A stretch of 28,315 nucleotides of DNA from a virus (lineage: Duplodnaviria > Caudoviricetes): positions 1 to 28,315 of IMG/VR virus record IMGVR_UViG_3300012953_000161; one strand, 5' to 3'. A program made the translations under genes and the position numbers. The notes under the pieces are model-generated. The model searched no databases and was not told the DNA's origin. It was given only the letters and a program-made list of their open reading frames with translations. Below, in pieces: positions 1-7,278 of this stretch (position 1 is its first letter; the number at the start of each line of letters is the position of its first letter).

Positions 1-494
1 ACTAACCATGAAGGAAACAGAATAAGTTTACCCTCTTCTGCTGCGATCTTTTCTATAGGACCTCCACGGACTTTAAGATTGTCAGATATGACCTCCATAC
101 AGTCCATTGTGCGAGGATATACTGGATCATGGAATACAGTTGCTACTCCACCTGTAAGATAAAAAACTCCCGACACTACAGCCATAGGATGTCTGTGTCT
201 TGGATGTCCTACCCCTGATCCTGCAGGTGCAATGTTGCCCCACATGAGTGATATGTCTAGTCTATCACATTGTAGAGCAAATGTCACTTTATATTCTTCT
301 AGACATTCTTCAAACCACTCTACGAGCGAGTGGAATCTCTCATTTTTGTGAATATTGCCACACGTCGTCTCAACTCCCTCTGGAAAATTAAACTGCTCTC
401 TTCTCTCGGATCTAAGAGTTTCTTTAATTTCTTCAAGATCTTCTTCATAGGTAAATTCGGGGACAATAACTGGGAATAATTTGTTTATTTTCAT
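1..494 (-). CDS. 2OG-Fe(II) oxygenase (TIGR02466-like), 3' end truncated by window edge
   Basis: Read by hand: ATG at 494 overlaps the stop of the upstream ORF (ATGA). MKINKLFPVIVPEF...MWGN...GHPRHRHPMAVVSGVFYL...FHDP...EGKLILFPSWLV is open to the edge, with the same motif layout as its neighbour. Confidence 0.85.
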   Translation of the reverse strand, partial: MKINKLFPVIVPEFTYEEDLEEIKETLRSERREQFNFPEGVETTCGNIHKNERFHSLVEWFEECLEEYKVTFALQCDRLDISLMWGNIAPAGSGVGHPRHRHPMAVVSGVFYLTGGVATVFHDPVYPRTMDCMEVISDNLKVRGGPIEKIAAEEGKLILFPSWL

Positions 495-1123
495 TTAACA
501 TCCTTCTTTTCTAGATTCATCATAGGCACATCCCATCCACCTATATTTTGATTTCCAAAAGGGAAGAAGTTAGCAGCAAGTGTGAATCTATTAACCGCTC
601 TTACGTTAGGTTGAGACCCATGCACTAGGTAGGCAGGAAAAATTATTAACGTGCCTGGCTCTGGACAGAAATTATGTCTAGTCTCTTCATAAGGACCTCC
701 ATCTAAATGCAACTGTGCCCATTCTCTTTGTGCAAGAGGGTCTACAAACGTAGTAGGAGTTGCTTTTGTGATGTAGTAGATACTGCTCCAATAAGACATG
801 GGATGTCTATGTGGAGTATGGTAATGACCAGTCTGAGCATCAGATCTGTTACACCACATTGATGTAATTTCCATCCTATCAGCAAGGAATTTGTTATCCT
901 TTAGGATTTTATTGGCACATAATTCTAACCACACCTTCAACTCATTCCACTCGGGACGTTGCTCAAGGTGTGGATGTGAGGTGCCTACTCCACCATCTGT
1001 ATTATATCTCCTATATTCTTCTTTTTGTGCTAATTCAAAAGTCTTTTTCCATAGAGACTTAGGACTTGTAAACTCCCACAATCTGACAGGAAACCAAAGT
1101 TTCTCTGTGTAGTCAGTTTTCAT
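491..1123 (-). CDS. 2OG-Fe(II) oxygenase (TIGR02466-like)
   Basis: Motifs MWCN, HxxHRHP, SSIYY, FVDP, PGTLIIFPAYLVH and NRFTLAANF. Start moved to MKTDY (1123), which has GAGGAG upstream. Confidence 0.88.
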   Translation of the reverse strand: MKTDYTEKLWFPVRLWEFTSPKSLWKKTFELAQKEEYRRYNTDGGVGTSHPHLEQRPEWNELKVWLELCANKILKDNKFLADRMEITSMWCNRSDAQTGHYHTPHRHPMSYWSSIYYITKATPTTFVDPLAQREWAQLHLDGGPYEETRHNFCPEPGTLIIFPAYLVHGSQPNVRAVNRFTLAANFFPFGNQNIGGWDVPMMNLEKKDVK

Positions 1124-1271
1124 TGCGAATCTCCTCGGGAGCATTGACACCAAACCAAATACCAACTACAGGCACAGCAAAGATCAATACTCTTGCCAAA
1201 CCTGTAATTGCTAGGAAGATCAAGACTCTCTTAGATGACTTCCACCTTCTAGGTGTCCTTGGGGTAATCAT
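1113..1271 (-). CDS. small membrane protein, 52 aa (MITPRTPRRWKSSKRVLIFLAITGLARVLIFAVPVVGIWFGVNAPEEIRNEN)
   Basis: Read by hand. ATGA overlap with the g44 stop; fills the gap to the oxygenase; basic N-terminus followed by a hydrophobic stretch. Confidence 0.7.
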   Translation of the reverse strand: MITPRTPRRWKSSKRVLIFLAITGLARVLIFAVPVVGIWFGVNAPEEIRNEN

Positions 1272-2209
1272 TTGAATTCACACCTCATCATAATTTCTGT
1301 TAAAAATGCAACAGAGTTTATCTCCAAGTCAGCAACGAATGCTGCTTTATATTGATACTCACCTATGATGAGCACTGCCTCAGGTATAGACTGTGGCTGA
1401 AGATATTCATATAGCTTATCGTATATAGCACGAAACAAGACCTTGTAATCATTGTCTAGATTCGTGACAACCCATTTACGCATGTTAGTAAACTCTTTTT
1501 GCTTAAGGAATCCAACTAACTTATCAATATTTTGACTGTTAGATCTACCTAAGATACCAACATCAATCTTTCCTGTAGCAGAGTATGCCTGCAACTCATT
1601 AAGAGTGCGACGGAAGTCTGGGAAATACTTACCAACTACCTCTGCTACTACTTTTGCATCGTATTCAATACTTTCTTTAGTAAGAATGTCTAGGCATCGC
1701 TTATGAAAATTAGAAGCGAGGACGGCACGATTCTTACCCTTTGTAGACATATCTACAACAGAGCATCGACTCTTGATAGGGTCAATGATTTTGTTGATAT
1801 AGTTACAGGTGAAAATAAAACGACAGTTATTCTGAAACTCCTCGATGACAGCACGCAATAGCAACTGGACATCGGGTGTAGAATTGTCTGCCTCATCAAT
1901 AATTACGACCTTGTGTTTACCTCCCACAAGAGAAGAAGATGATGCAAAGGACTTACACTTTGTGCGGACGGTATCTAAGTAACGACCTTCATCAGATCCA
2001 TTGATTAGATAATAGTCAGCACCAATTTCTTCACACAGTGCCTTGGCAAGGGTAGTTTTACCGATACCTGCAGTGCCAGGCAAAAGTAGATTAGGAATCT
2101 CTCCCTTCTCTACATAACCTGAGAAAACTGCTTGGTTGACATCTGTTAGGATACAATCAGAAACTGTCCTTGGACGATACTTTTCAACCCAAAGAAACAG
2201 TTTACTCAT
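1268..2209 (-). CDS. g44: sliding clamp loader large subunit gp44 (RFC-like)
   Basis: LWVEKYRP, Walker A GTAGIGKT, IIDEAD, SRC motif and FPDFRRTLNELQ; follows g45. Confidence 0.97.
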   Translation of the reverse strand: MSKLFLWVEKYRPRTVSDCILTDVNQAVFSGYVEKGEIPNLLLPGTAGIGKTTLAKALCEEIGADYYLINGSDEGRYLDTVRTKCKSFASSSSLVGGKHKVVIIDEADNSTPDVQLLLRAVIEEFQNNCRFIFTCNYINKIIDPIKSRCSVVDMSTKGKNRAVLASNFHKRCLDILTKESIEYDAKVVAEVVGKYFPDFRRTLNELQAYSATGKIDVGILGRSNSQNIDKLVGFLKQKEFTNMRKWVVTNLDNDYKVLFRAIYDKLYEYLQPQSIPEAVLIIGEYQYKAAFVADLEINSVAFLTEIMMRCEFK

Positions 2210-2955
2210 TAGTCTTGGTCAGGCTCCAGTGCGATAAAGTAATTAAGAGAAGATTCAGATAGAGAGTTGAAATTGATAACATTCTTGTCTGAAATACACA
2301 CATGGTATGTGCCATCAAGAATCTTAAGGTTTTCAATCTTTAGACAGTAACAGAAGTTACGCTCATGAGTTGGAGTTGTGCCCCAGTAATCTGCTTCCCA
2401 AACAACTTTGTCTACAGGGACAGAGAAGACGTGACTGTTATCAGTTTTCTTATCCTTAACTGAGATAGACAAGTTACCTTCGTATGAGTTAACACAGAAG
2501 TCAGTAACACCAAAGTTGTATGCTGCTTCACGAAGAAGTTTTAGATTCTTCATAGTCAACTCAAAGTTTACAACCTTCTCAGGAAGATTAGGGTCGTAAG
2601 TCTTAGGTGGTTGGACAATGATATCAGGGTCAGACTTGATGTAAGTTGCCTTACCTTTTGTCGCTTTGTCTGCAATATAGATTTTATTCTTTCCCATGAA
2701 GATGAGATGTGGTTGCTCAAACATAGAGCAAGTCTTCACAAACAATGGGAGATCGTAGATAGGAATGTCCTCAGGAAACTCTTCACCACATGAAGAGAAT
2801 GCAAGAATATTCTTGTTGACCGCCATAGTAGCAAGAGTTTTCTCTGCTGCTTTAATTACAACCGACTTATTGATCTCACTAAAATTCTTTAGGAAAGCGA
2901 TAGTCTTCTTAGAGAGACGAATCTCTGTTGCTTCATTCATAATGTTGTTGCTCAA
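2209..2955 (-). CDS. g45: DNA polymerase sliding clamp gp45 (start may be 2940)
   Basis: LSKKTIAFLKNFSEINKS, IYDL, KIENLKILDGTYHV and C-terminal YFIALEPD; directly upstream of g44. Confidence 0.92.
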   Translation of the reverse strand: MSNNIMNEATEIRLSKKTIAFLKNFSEINKSVVIKAAEKTLATMAVNKNILAFSSCGEEFPEDIPIYDLPLFVKTCSMFEQPHLIFMGKNKIYIADKATKGKATYIKSDPDIIVQPPKTYDPNLPEKVVNFELTMKNLKLLREAAYNFGVTDFCVNSYEGNLSISVKDKKTDNSHVFSVPVDKVVWEADYWGTTPTHERNFCYCLKIENLKILDGTYHVCISDKNVINFNSLSESSLNYFIALEPDQD

Positions 2956-3241
2956 TTTTGTTTTCGTGACGGACTCTATTGCGATCGTTAAAACACATTA
3001 GAAGTATACAATAATGCATTGCCTTCATAATGTCAACCCTTGCCTGTCCCTTTTTATCATAGCGTGACAAATACTTGATAGCATTAGACCTGCAGAATGC
3101 TTCGGAATCTCCTACTGCATCAATCAGGTCTAACGTTTGCACACCTTCACCATTTTCGGAGGAGTAATGTTTACTATACGTCCCTCCGATATACTCCGTG
3201 ACCTCTTTCATGATCACATCTTCATCATATTTGAATGCCAT
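2933..3241 (-). CDS. DUF3310-like protein (T7 gp1.7-like putative nucleotide kinase family)
   Basis: HY...QTLDLI...FCRSNAIKYLSRYDKKG...DIMKAMHY pattern. Confidence 0.75.
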   Translation of the reverse strand: MAFKYDEDVIMKEVTEYIGGTYSKHYSSENGEGVQTLDLIDAVGDSEAFCRSNAIKYLSRYDKKGQARVDIMKAMHYCILLMCFNDRNRVRHENKIEQQHYE

Positions 3242-4329
3242 TAAGCGTTAGTAAATAGATTTTCTACTTCGGTCATGTTAATGTCCCCATCTATCTTATC
3301 ATATAAGTCAAGGAATGACTGTTTTGTTTCATCATCGAAACGATTAAGACATGCTTTGATTGCTTTAGCACGATCACCGAAGATAGCATATGCACGGATG
3401 ATGTGCACAAGACGACGAGTTGAAATCACTTCATCAACACCACCTTCTTTGAAAGTCCTACGAATCATGTCTGCCCATGTGACTAAGTTAGCGATGTATT
3501 TGTCATCACATGCATCCAACTCTTTACAGTAGTTGTTTAGCATCTTAGTCTCGATAGCAGGTGTAGGATACTCTTGCTCGAATGTCAAGGGGAATCTCTC
3601 AAGGAATGCTTCATTCAACACGTTAGTGCCAATGAATCTTCCGTCTTCAGATCCTTTACCTTTTGTGTTAGCAGTAGCAATAACTGTAAAACCTTTAGCA
3701 GGTGTTACATATCTACCTACCTTCTTGAGGAAGACACCTTTACCTTCTAGTATAGACTGAAGACAAAGGATTTTGTTAGATGCAAGGTCAATCTCATCAA
3801 GGAGAAGGACTGCACCACGCTCGAGTGCTTCCACTACAGGACCATTATGCCACACAGTGTTGCCATCGACAAGTCTGAAACCACCGATGAGATCATCCTC
3901 ATCAGTTTCTATAGTAATATTAACACGAATCACTTCACGATTCAACGCAGCACATGCCTGCTCTACACTCATAGTCTTACCATTACCTGATAGACCTGTA
4001 ATGAATGCAGGGTAGAATACCTTGGACTTGATGATCTTCTTAAGATCAGAGAAGTTACCGAAGGGCACAAAGTTTTTGTCTTTAGATGGAATCAATCTCT
4101 CAATTACTGCAGGTGCTTCGTATGCTTTCTCTAACTGCTCAGTGATGGATAGATCCCACTTACCAATACCTTTCTTGTATTGCTTAAGTCTTTTCTTGAC
4201 TGTTGCTACAGAGCAATCGAAATGGTCTGCTGCTTCGACAAGATTCTGGAAGGTAACATCGTTACCGTGCTTCTCAGATAGGTAGTTTTTGAAGTCTTCT
4301 GTTGTCACTAGGACTGGCTCGAAAGGCAT
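3241..4329 (-). CDS. cobS: CobS/MoxR-like AAA+ ATPase
   Basis: Walker A GLSGNGKT, Walker B LLLDEID, ATANTKG, NEAFLERF and ISTRRL; usual cyanomyophage position upstream of g45. Confidence 0.9.
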   Translation of the reverse strand: MPFEPVLVTTEDFKNYLSEKHGNDVTFQNLVEAADHFDCSVATVKKRLKQYKKGIGKWDLSITEQLEKAYEAPAVIERLIPSKDKNFVPFGNFSDLKKIIKSKVFYPAFITGLSGNGKTMSVEQACAALNREVIRVNITIETDEDDLIGGFRLVDGNTVWHNGPVVEALERGAVLLLDEIDLASNKILCLQSILEGKGVFLKKVGRYVTPAKGFTVIATANTKGKGSEDGRFIGTNVLNEAFLERFPLTFEQEYPTPAIETKMLNNYCKELDACDDKYIANLVTWADMIRRTFKEGGVDEVISTRRLVHIIRAYAIFGDRAKAIKACLNRFDDETKQSFLDLYDKIDGDINMTEVENLFTNA

Positions 4330-4357
4330 AATCGTATTTGTTTGTGTCTATATGATT

Positions 4358-4414
4358 ATTATACAAGAATAAAATCCGCAATGCCACTGTTAGTGGACAC
4401 TATCCAAAGTGGCA
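4358..4414 (-). promoter_or_regulatory. bipartite promoter for cobS: dyad TGCCACTT-N4-TAGTGTCCAC, 29 nt, TATAAT
   Basis: Perfect -10 at 4358-4363, poor -35; same architecture and spacing as 7132-7188. Confidence 0.7.
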
Positions 4415-4907
4415 TACGCTCTGGTTTGCGTAGGTAATTTGTAGGTGCCCATGGTTTACTTGCAACATAGCGTCTATATGCAAGTGTGGTAGGGATATCG
4501 TAATCATATTTCCACTTATCAGGCATAGCACGAGCGAATGGTGTATGCCTAGCACTGCAACCCTCGGGTGCAATGTGTGCTGCGAATCTTATAGAGTCTT
4601 CGCAACCATGTTTCTTATCATATCTATAAGTATACTCTTCACAAAGTGCAATACCATGCTCTATCAACCATGCAATATTATGATTAGACTCTGCTACCCA
4701 CTTGGTGCATGGATGATTACGGAAGGCACCCTTCGCTGTTTTATAAGGTGTGCCATCAGACTTGAAAACCTGACCGATACTGTGATACCAGTCAGAGTAT
4801 ACAATGCTGAGCATTTGACATGTTTCTAAGGGCATCTTAACAACATGCTTATCTGGCAACTGGTATGCTGACAGATAAGGATCGTTGTTAACTGCGAAGA
4901 TATTCAT
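4359..4907 (-). CDS. pyrimidine-dimer DNA glycosylase (endonuclease V)-related protein
   Basis: MNIF...DKHVVKMPLETCQML...NHPCTKW...EYTYRYDKKH...TPFARAMPD...AYRRY. The CDS is certain; the function is tentative. Confidence 0.6.
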   Translation of the reverse strand: MNIFAVNNDPYLSAYQLPDKHVVKMPLETCQMLSIVYSDWYHSIGQVFKSDGTPYKTAKGAFRNHPCTKWVAESNHNIAWLIEHGIALCEEYTYRYDKKHGCEDSIRFAAHIAPEGCSARHTPFARAMPDKWKYDYDIPTTLAYRRYVASKPWAPTNYLRKPERMPLWIVSTNSGIADFILV

Positions 4908-7108
4908 GCAATCTGTGTAATAAAGTTAGATAATACTTTTTTGTTGTTTGCCTTGGCACCTAGAGACTTTTTGAATGCACTTCTGATTTGTGCATTAGTG
5001 GCATCTGCTTTGACCTCAAAGTCAGTGTCTGATTCAAGACTAGTTGAGTTAAGGAGATACAACTCTTGGTAACCGTTGCAGTTAGGAAGACAAAGTGACT
5101 TGTCTTTTCTCCACTTCTTAAGGATAGCATTTTCTGACTCAAAGTCAACTTGTCCACTGTAACGAATGAAGTGACTAGCATCAGATCCATTACAGATACG
5201 GAAACCTATGAAGTTTGTCTCAGGGAAAGTATACTTAAGATACTTAAGAATCTGTTGAGTCAATCCTCCATGACAGTCATTACTTGGTTTGCTGTGGAAA
5301 CCACTCTTTCTATCTCTTACAACTGCCATACCATGTAGTCCACCTCTGTATAACTTATGCTGCAAATCGTCTGGCAAGTTTGGTTTCTGTAAGATACCGA
5401 TAGTATTTGACTCACCGTCAGTCAAGGTAACAACGTGTAGTTTCTCAACTCCATATCTTTTCTTGAATGTTGGGATGATAGTCTTCAATGCAATCAATGA
5501 ATCGTTTAGAGGAGTGCCACCTAAGTTTACTTGATGTGGGATAGGGAAGTTGTATCCAAGATATTGGTTTCTGTTTTGAAAGTGAGATGAAAGACGGAAT
5601 AAGTATTGAGCATGAGTATCAAAAGTATCTTTCTTTGACTCATTGCTGAGGTATTCAACAAGACGTAGGTGTGGATAGATAGAAAACTCACCTACCTTAG
5701 GAGCATTCTTGTATGCACGGAAGTCTTCGTCAAAACCATGTGACCTTCTGTATGTATCGTCACCTTCCCAGTATGCATCACTGAATGCATAGACTCTGAA
5801 AGGAATATTTACCTTACGACAGAAGTATGCAAGAGAAAGAAGTTGCTTTACAGTCTGGTGAAGATCTCGATACATGCTACCAGACCAGTCAAGTAGGAAT
5901 ACAAGACCATGATTCTTACCATCAGGTGTGGACATGATCTTTCTGAAGATATCGTCGTTGTATTTGTATGTGTGTAGTTTTGTAGTATCTAGGACACCTG
6001 TCTTAGAAACTGACGCTCTAGCATATGCTGACGCTGCTTTTCTACACTCAAACTCTTTGACCATGTAGTTGACTTCTTGGTTGCACTTCTTCTTGAAAGA
6101 TGCATAGTCAGAGTCAACTTTAGAGAAGTCGATACCGATATAGTTTTCATTGTTAGGATCGCTATAGATATCCTGACCCCAGAAATCTTGTAGGACTTTT
6201 ACCCAGTGATCAGGTTTGATAACAAGGTGAGAAAGATTTACTTCGGGCACATCAGCGTATGTTGGTGTCCTGTAAGATTCTTGCTCTGCAATTTCCTTAA
6301 GGTTATCTTCAAAGTTTCTATCTGTTATTCCTTCATCATAGTTGAAACCACCTTCATTTGATGTTGCAGGGTCTTCATCACTATCTTCCCAATCGTCAGA
6401 CTCTGAGTCTGAATTTGATTGAGGATTAGGTTGAGGTTGCTGTGCGTCACCGTCATCATCCTGCGAAGTCTCAGTCGTAACCGTATCCATCTGGGGAGCA
6501 TCTCCACCATCATCTTCAGTTGAAGGTGTGTTATCGATATGCTCTTGATCTTCTTCTTGCTCACCTTGCCACTCGTAAATTTTTGCTGCTAACTCACATA
6601 CGTCTTCAAAAGACTCACATAGATCTGCTAGTGCCAACCATTTCTTTTCTTCTTCGTTTTTGAAAGGGATGGGTATAGTCTGGTCAACAATGCCTACCTT
6701 ATAATATAGGTTGATACGGTCGATAAGTTTTAGTTTGTTAAGATCCATCATGCCGATACCGAAGAAATCTTTCTGATTCAACTCACGGTAACCTTTGAAG
6801 AAATCTTTACGAAGACCTGGAAACTTGTCCTTCATTGACTTCTCGATACGCACATCTTCTAGAATATTTACATAAGACTTAGGCAAATCTGTCATACTTT
6901 CCCATCCATCAGCAGGTGTAAATAAAGCATGACCTACTTCATGACCCACTAGCATGTCATAAACGCTCTCAGAGGCGATCCAGAGGGGCAATGAGAGGAC
7001 TCTATTCTTTACATCGAATGATGCAGTCTCACACTTACAATGCTCAACAGTTAGATTTTCTGTAGCAAGTAGTTTAGCGAGTGATCCTTTGATTTCTTGT
7101 ATTAGCAT
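4904..7108 (-). CDS. CobT-like protein: N-terminal HEXXH metallopeptidase-like domain, acidic linker, VWA (MIDAS) domain
   Basis: HEVGH (aa 56-60) plus NILEDVRIE; D/E-rich linker; LLDWSGSM, GGTPL and LTDGES MIDAS elements. Confidence 0.85.
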   Translation of the reverse strand: MLIQEIKGSLAKLLATENLTVEHCKCETASFDVKNRVLSLPLWIASESVYDMLVGHEVGHALFTPADGWESMTDLPKSYVNILEDVRIEKSMKDKFPGLRKDFFKGYRELNQKDFFGIGMMDLNKLKLIDRINLYYKVGIVDQTIPIPFKNEEEKKWLALADLCESFEDVCELAAKIYEWQGEQEEDQEHIDNTPSTEDDGGDAPQMDTVTTETSQDDDGDAQQPQPNPQSNSDSESDDWEDSDEDPATSNEGGFNYDEGITDRNFEDNLKEIAEQESYRTPTYADVPEVNLSHLVIKPDHWVKVLQDFWGQDIYSDPNNENYIGIDFSKVDSDYASFKKKCNQEVNYMVKEFECRKAASAYARASVSKTGVLDTTKLHTYKYNDDIFRKIMSTPDGKNHGLVFLLDWSGSMYRDLHQTVKQLLSLAYFCRKVNIPFRVYAFSDAYWEGDDTYRRSHGFDEDFRAYKNAPKVGEFSIYPHLRLVEYLSNESKKDTFDTHAQYLFRLSSHFQNRNQYLGYNFPIPHQVNLGGTPLNDSLIALKTIIPTFKKRYGVEKLHVVTLTDGESNTIGILQKPNLPDDLQHKLYRGGLHGMAVVRDRKSGFHSKPSNDCHGGLTQQILKYLKYTFPETNFIGFRICNGSDASHFIRYSGQVDFESENAILKKWRKDKSLCLPNCNGYQELYLLNSTSLESDTDFEVKADATNAQIRSAFKKSLGAKANNKKVLSNFITQIA

Positions 7109-7278
7109 GTGTGTGCGATGATTATATACTCATTATAATGAGAAACCCTCCGCTTGGGAGGGTTTAGTAGACACTTTAACAACTGTCCACGACGTTTCCT
7201 TGCTTGACGCAATGCTTGTGGCTTCAAGTGTCGCTTCTTTTCTTTCTTTGAATGGTGTTGCCAGTTAGGGGTTGTCAC
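7102..7278 (-). CDS. small basic hypothetical protein (PNWQHHSKKEKKRHLKPQALRQARKRR)
   Basis: GTG start proposed at 7278; bridges g46 and the VWA gene; resembles an ORF I recall at this position in cyanomyophages. Confidence 0.6.
   Translation of the reverse strand: MTTPNWQHHSKKEKKRHLKPQALRQARKRRGQLLKCLLNPPKRRVSHYNEYIIIAHTC
7132..7188 (-). promoter_or_regulatory. bipartite promoter for the VWA/peptidase gene: dyad GGACAGTT-N4-AAGTGTCTAC, 29 nt, TATAAT
   Basis: Perfect -10 at 7132-7137 and no -35 (CTCCCA at that position); matches 4358-4414. Confidence 0.7.
7143..7165 (-). terminator. 9-bp hairpin AAACCCTCC-N5-GGAGGGTTT, possible weak terminator downstream of g46
   Basis: Perfect inverted repeat; the U-tract is short. 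Confidence 0.45.

Noticed and set aside
3241-4329. cobS as a cobalamin-biosynthesis auxiliary gene
   Set aside because: No cobN or other cob genes are in the window, and the partner carries a peptidase-like domain; a general AAA+/VWA role fits better.
7167-7180. NtcA box-like GTT-N8-TAC in the promoter dyad
   Set aside because: It mismatches GTA-N8-TAC, lies 29 nt rather than about 22 nt from the -10, and is absent from the second copy.
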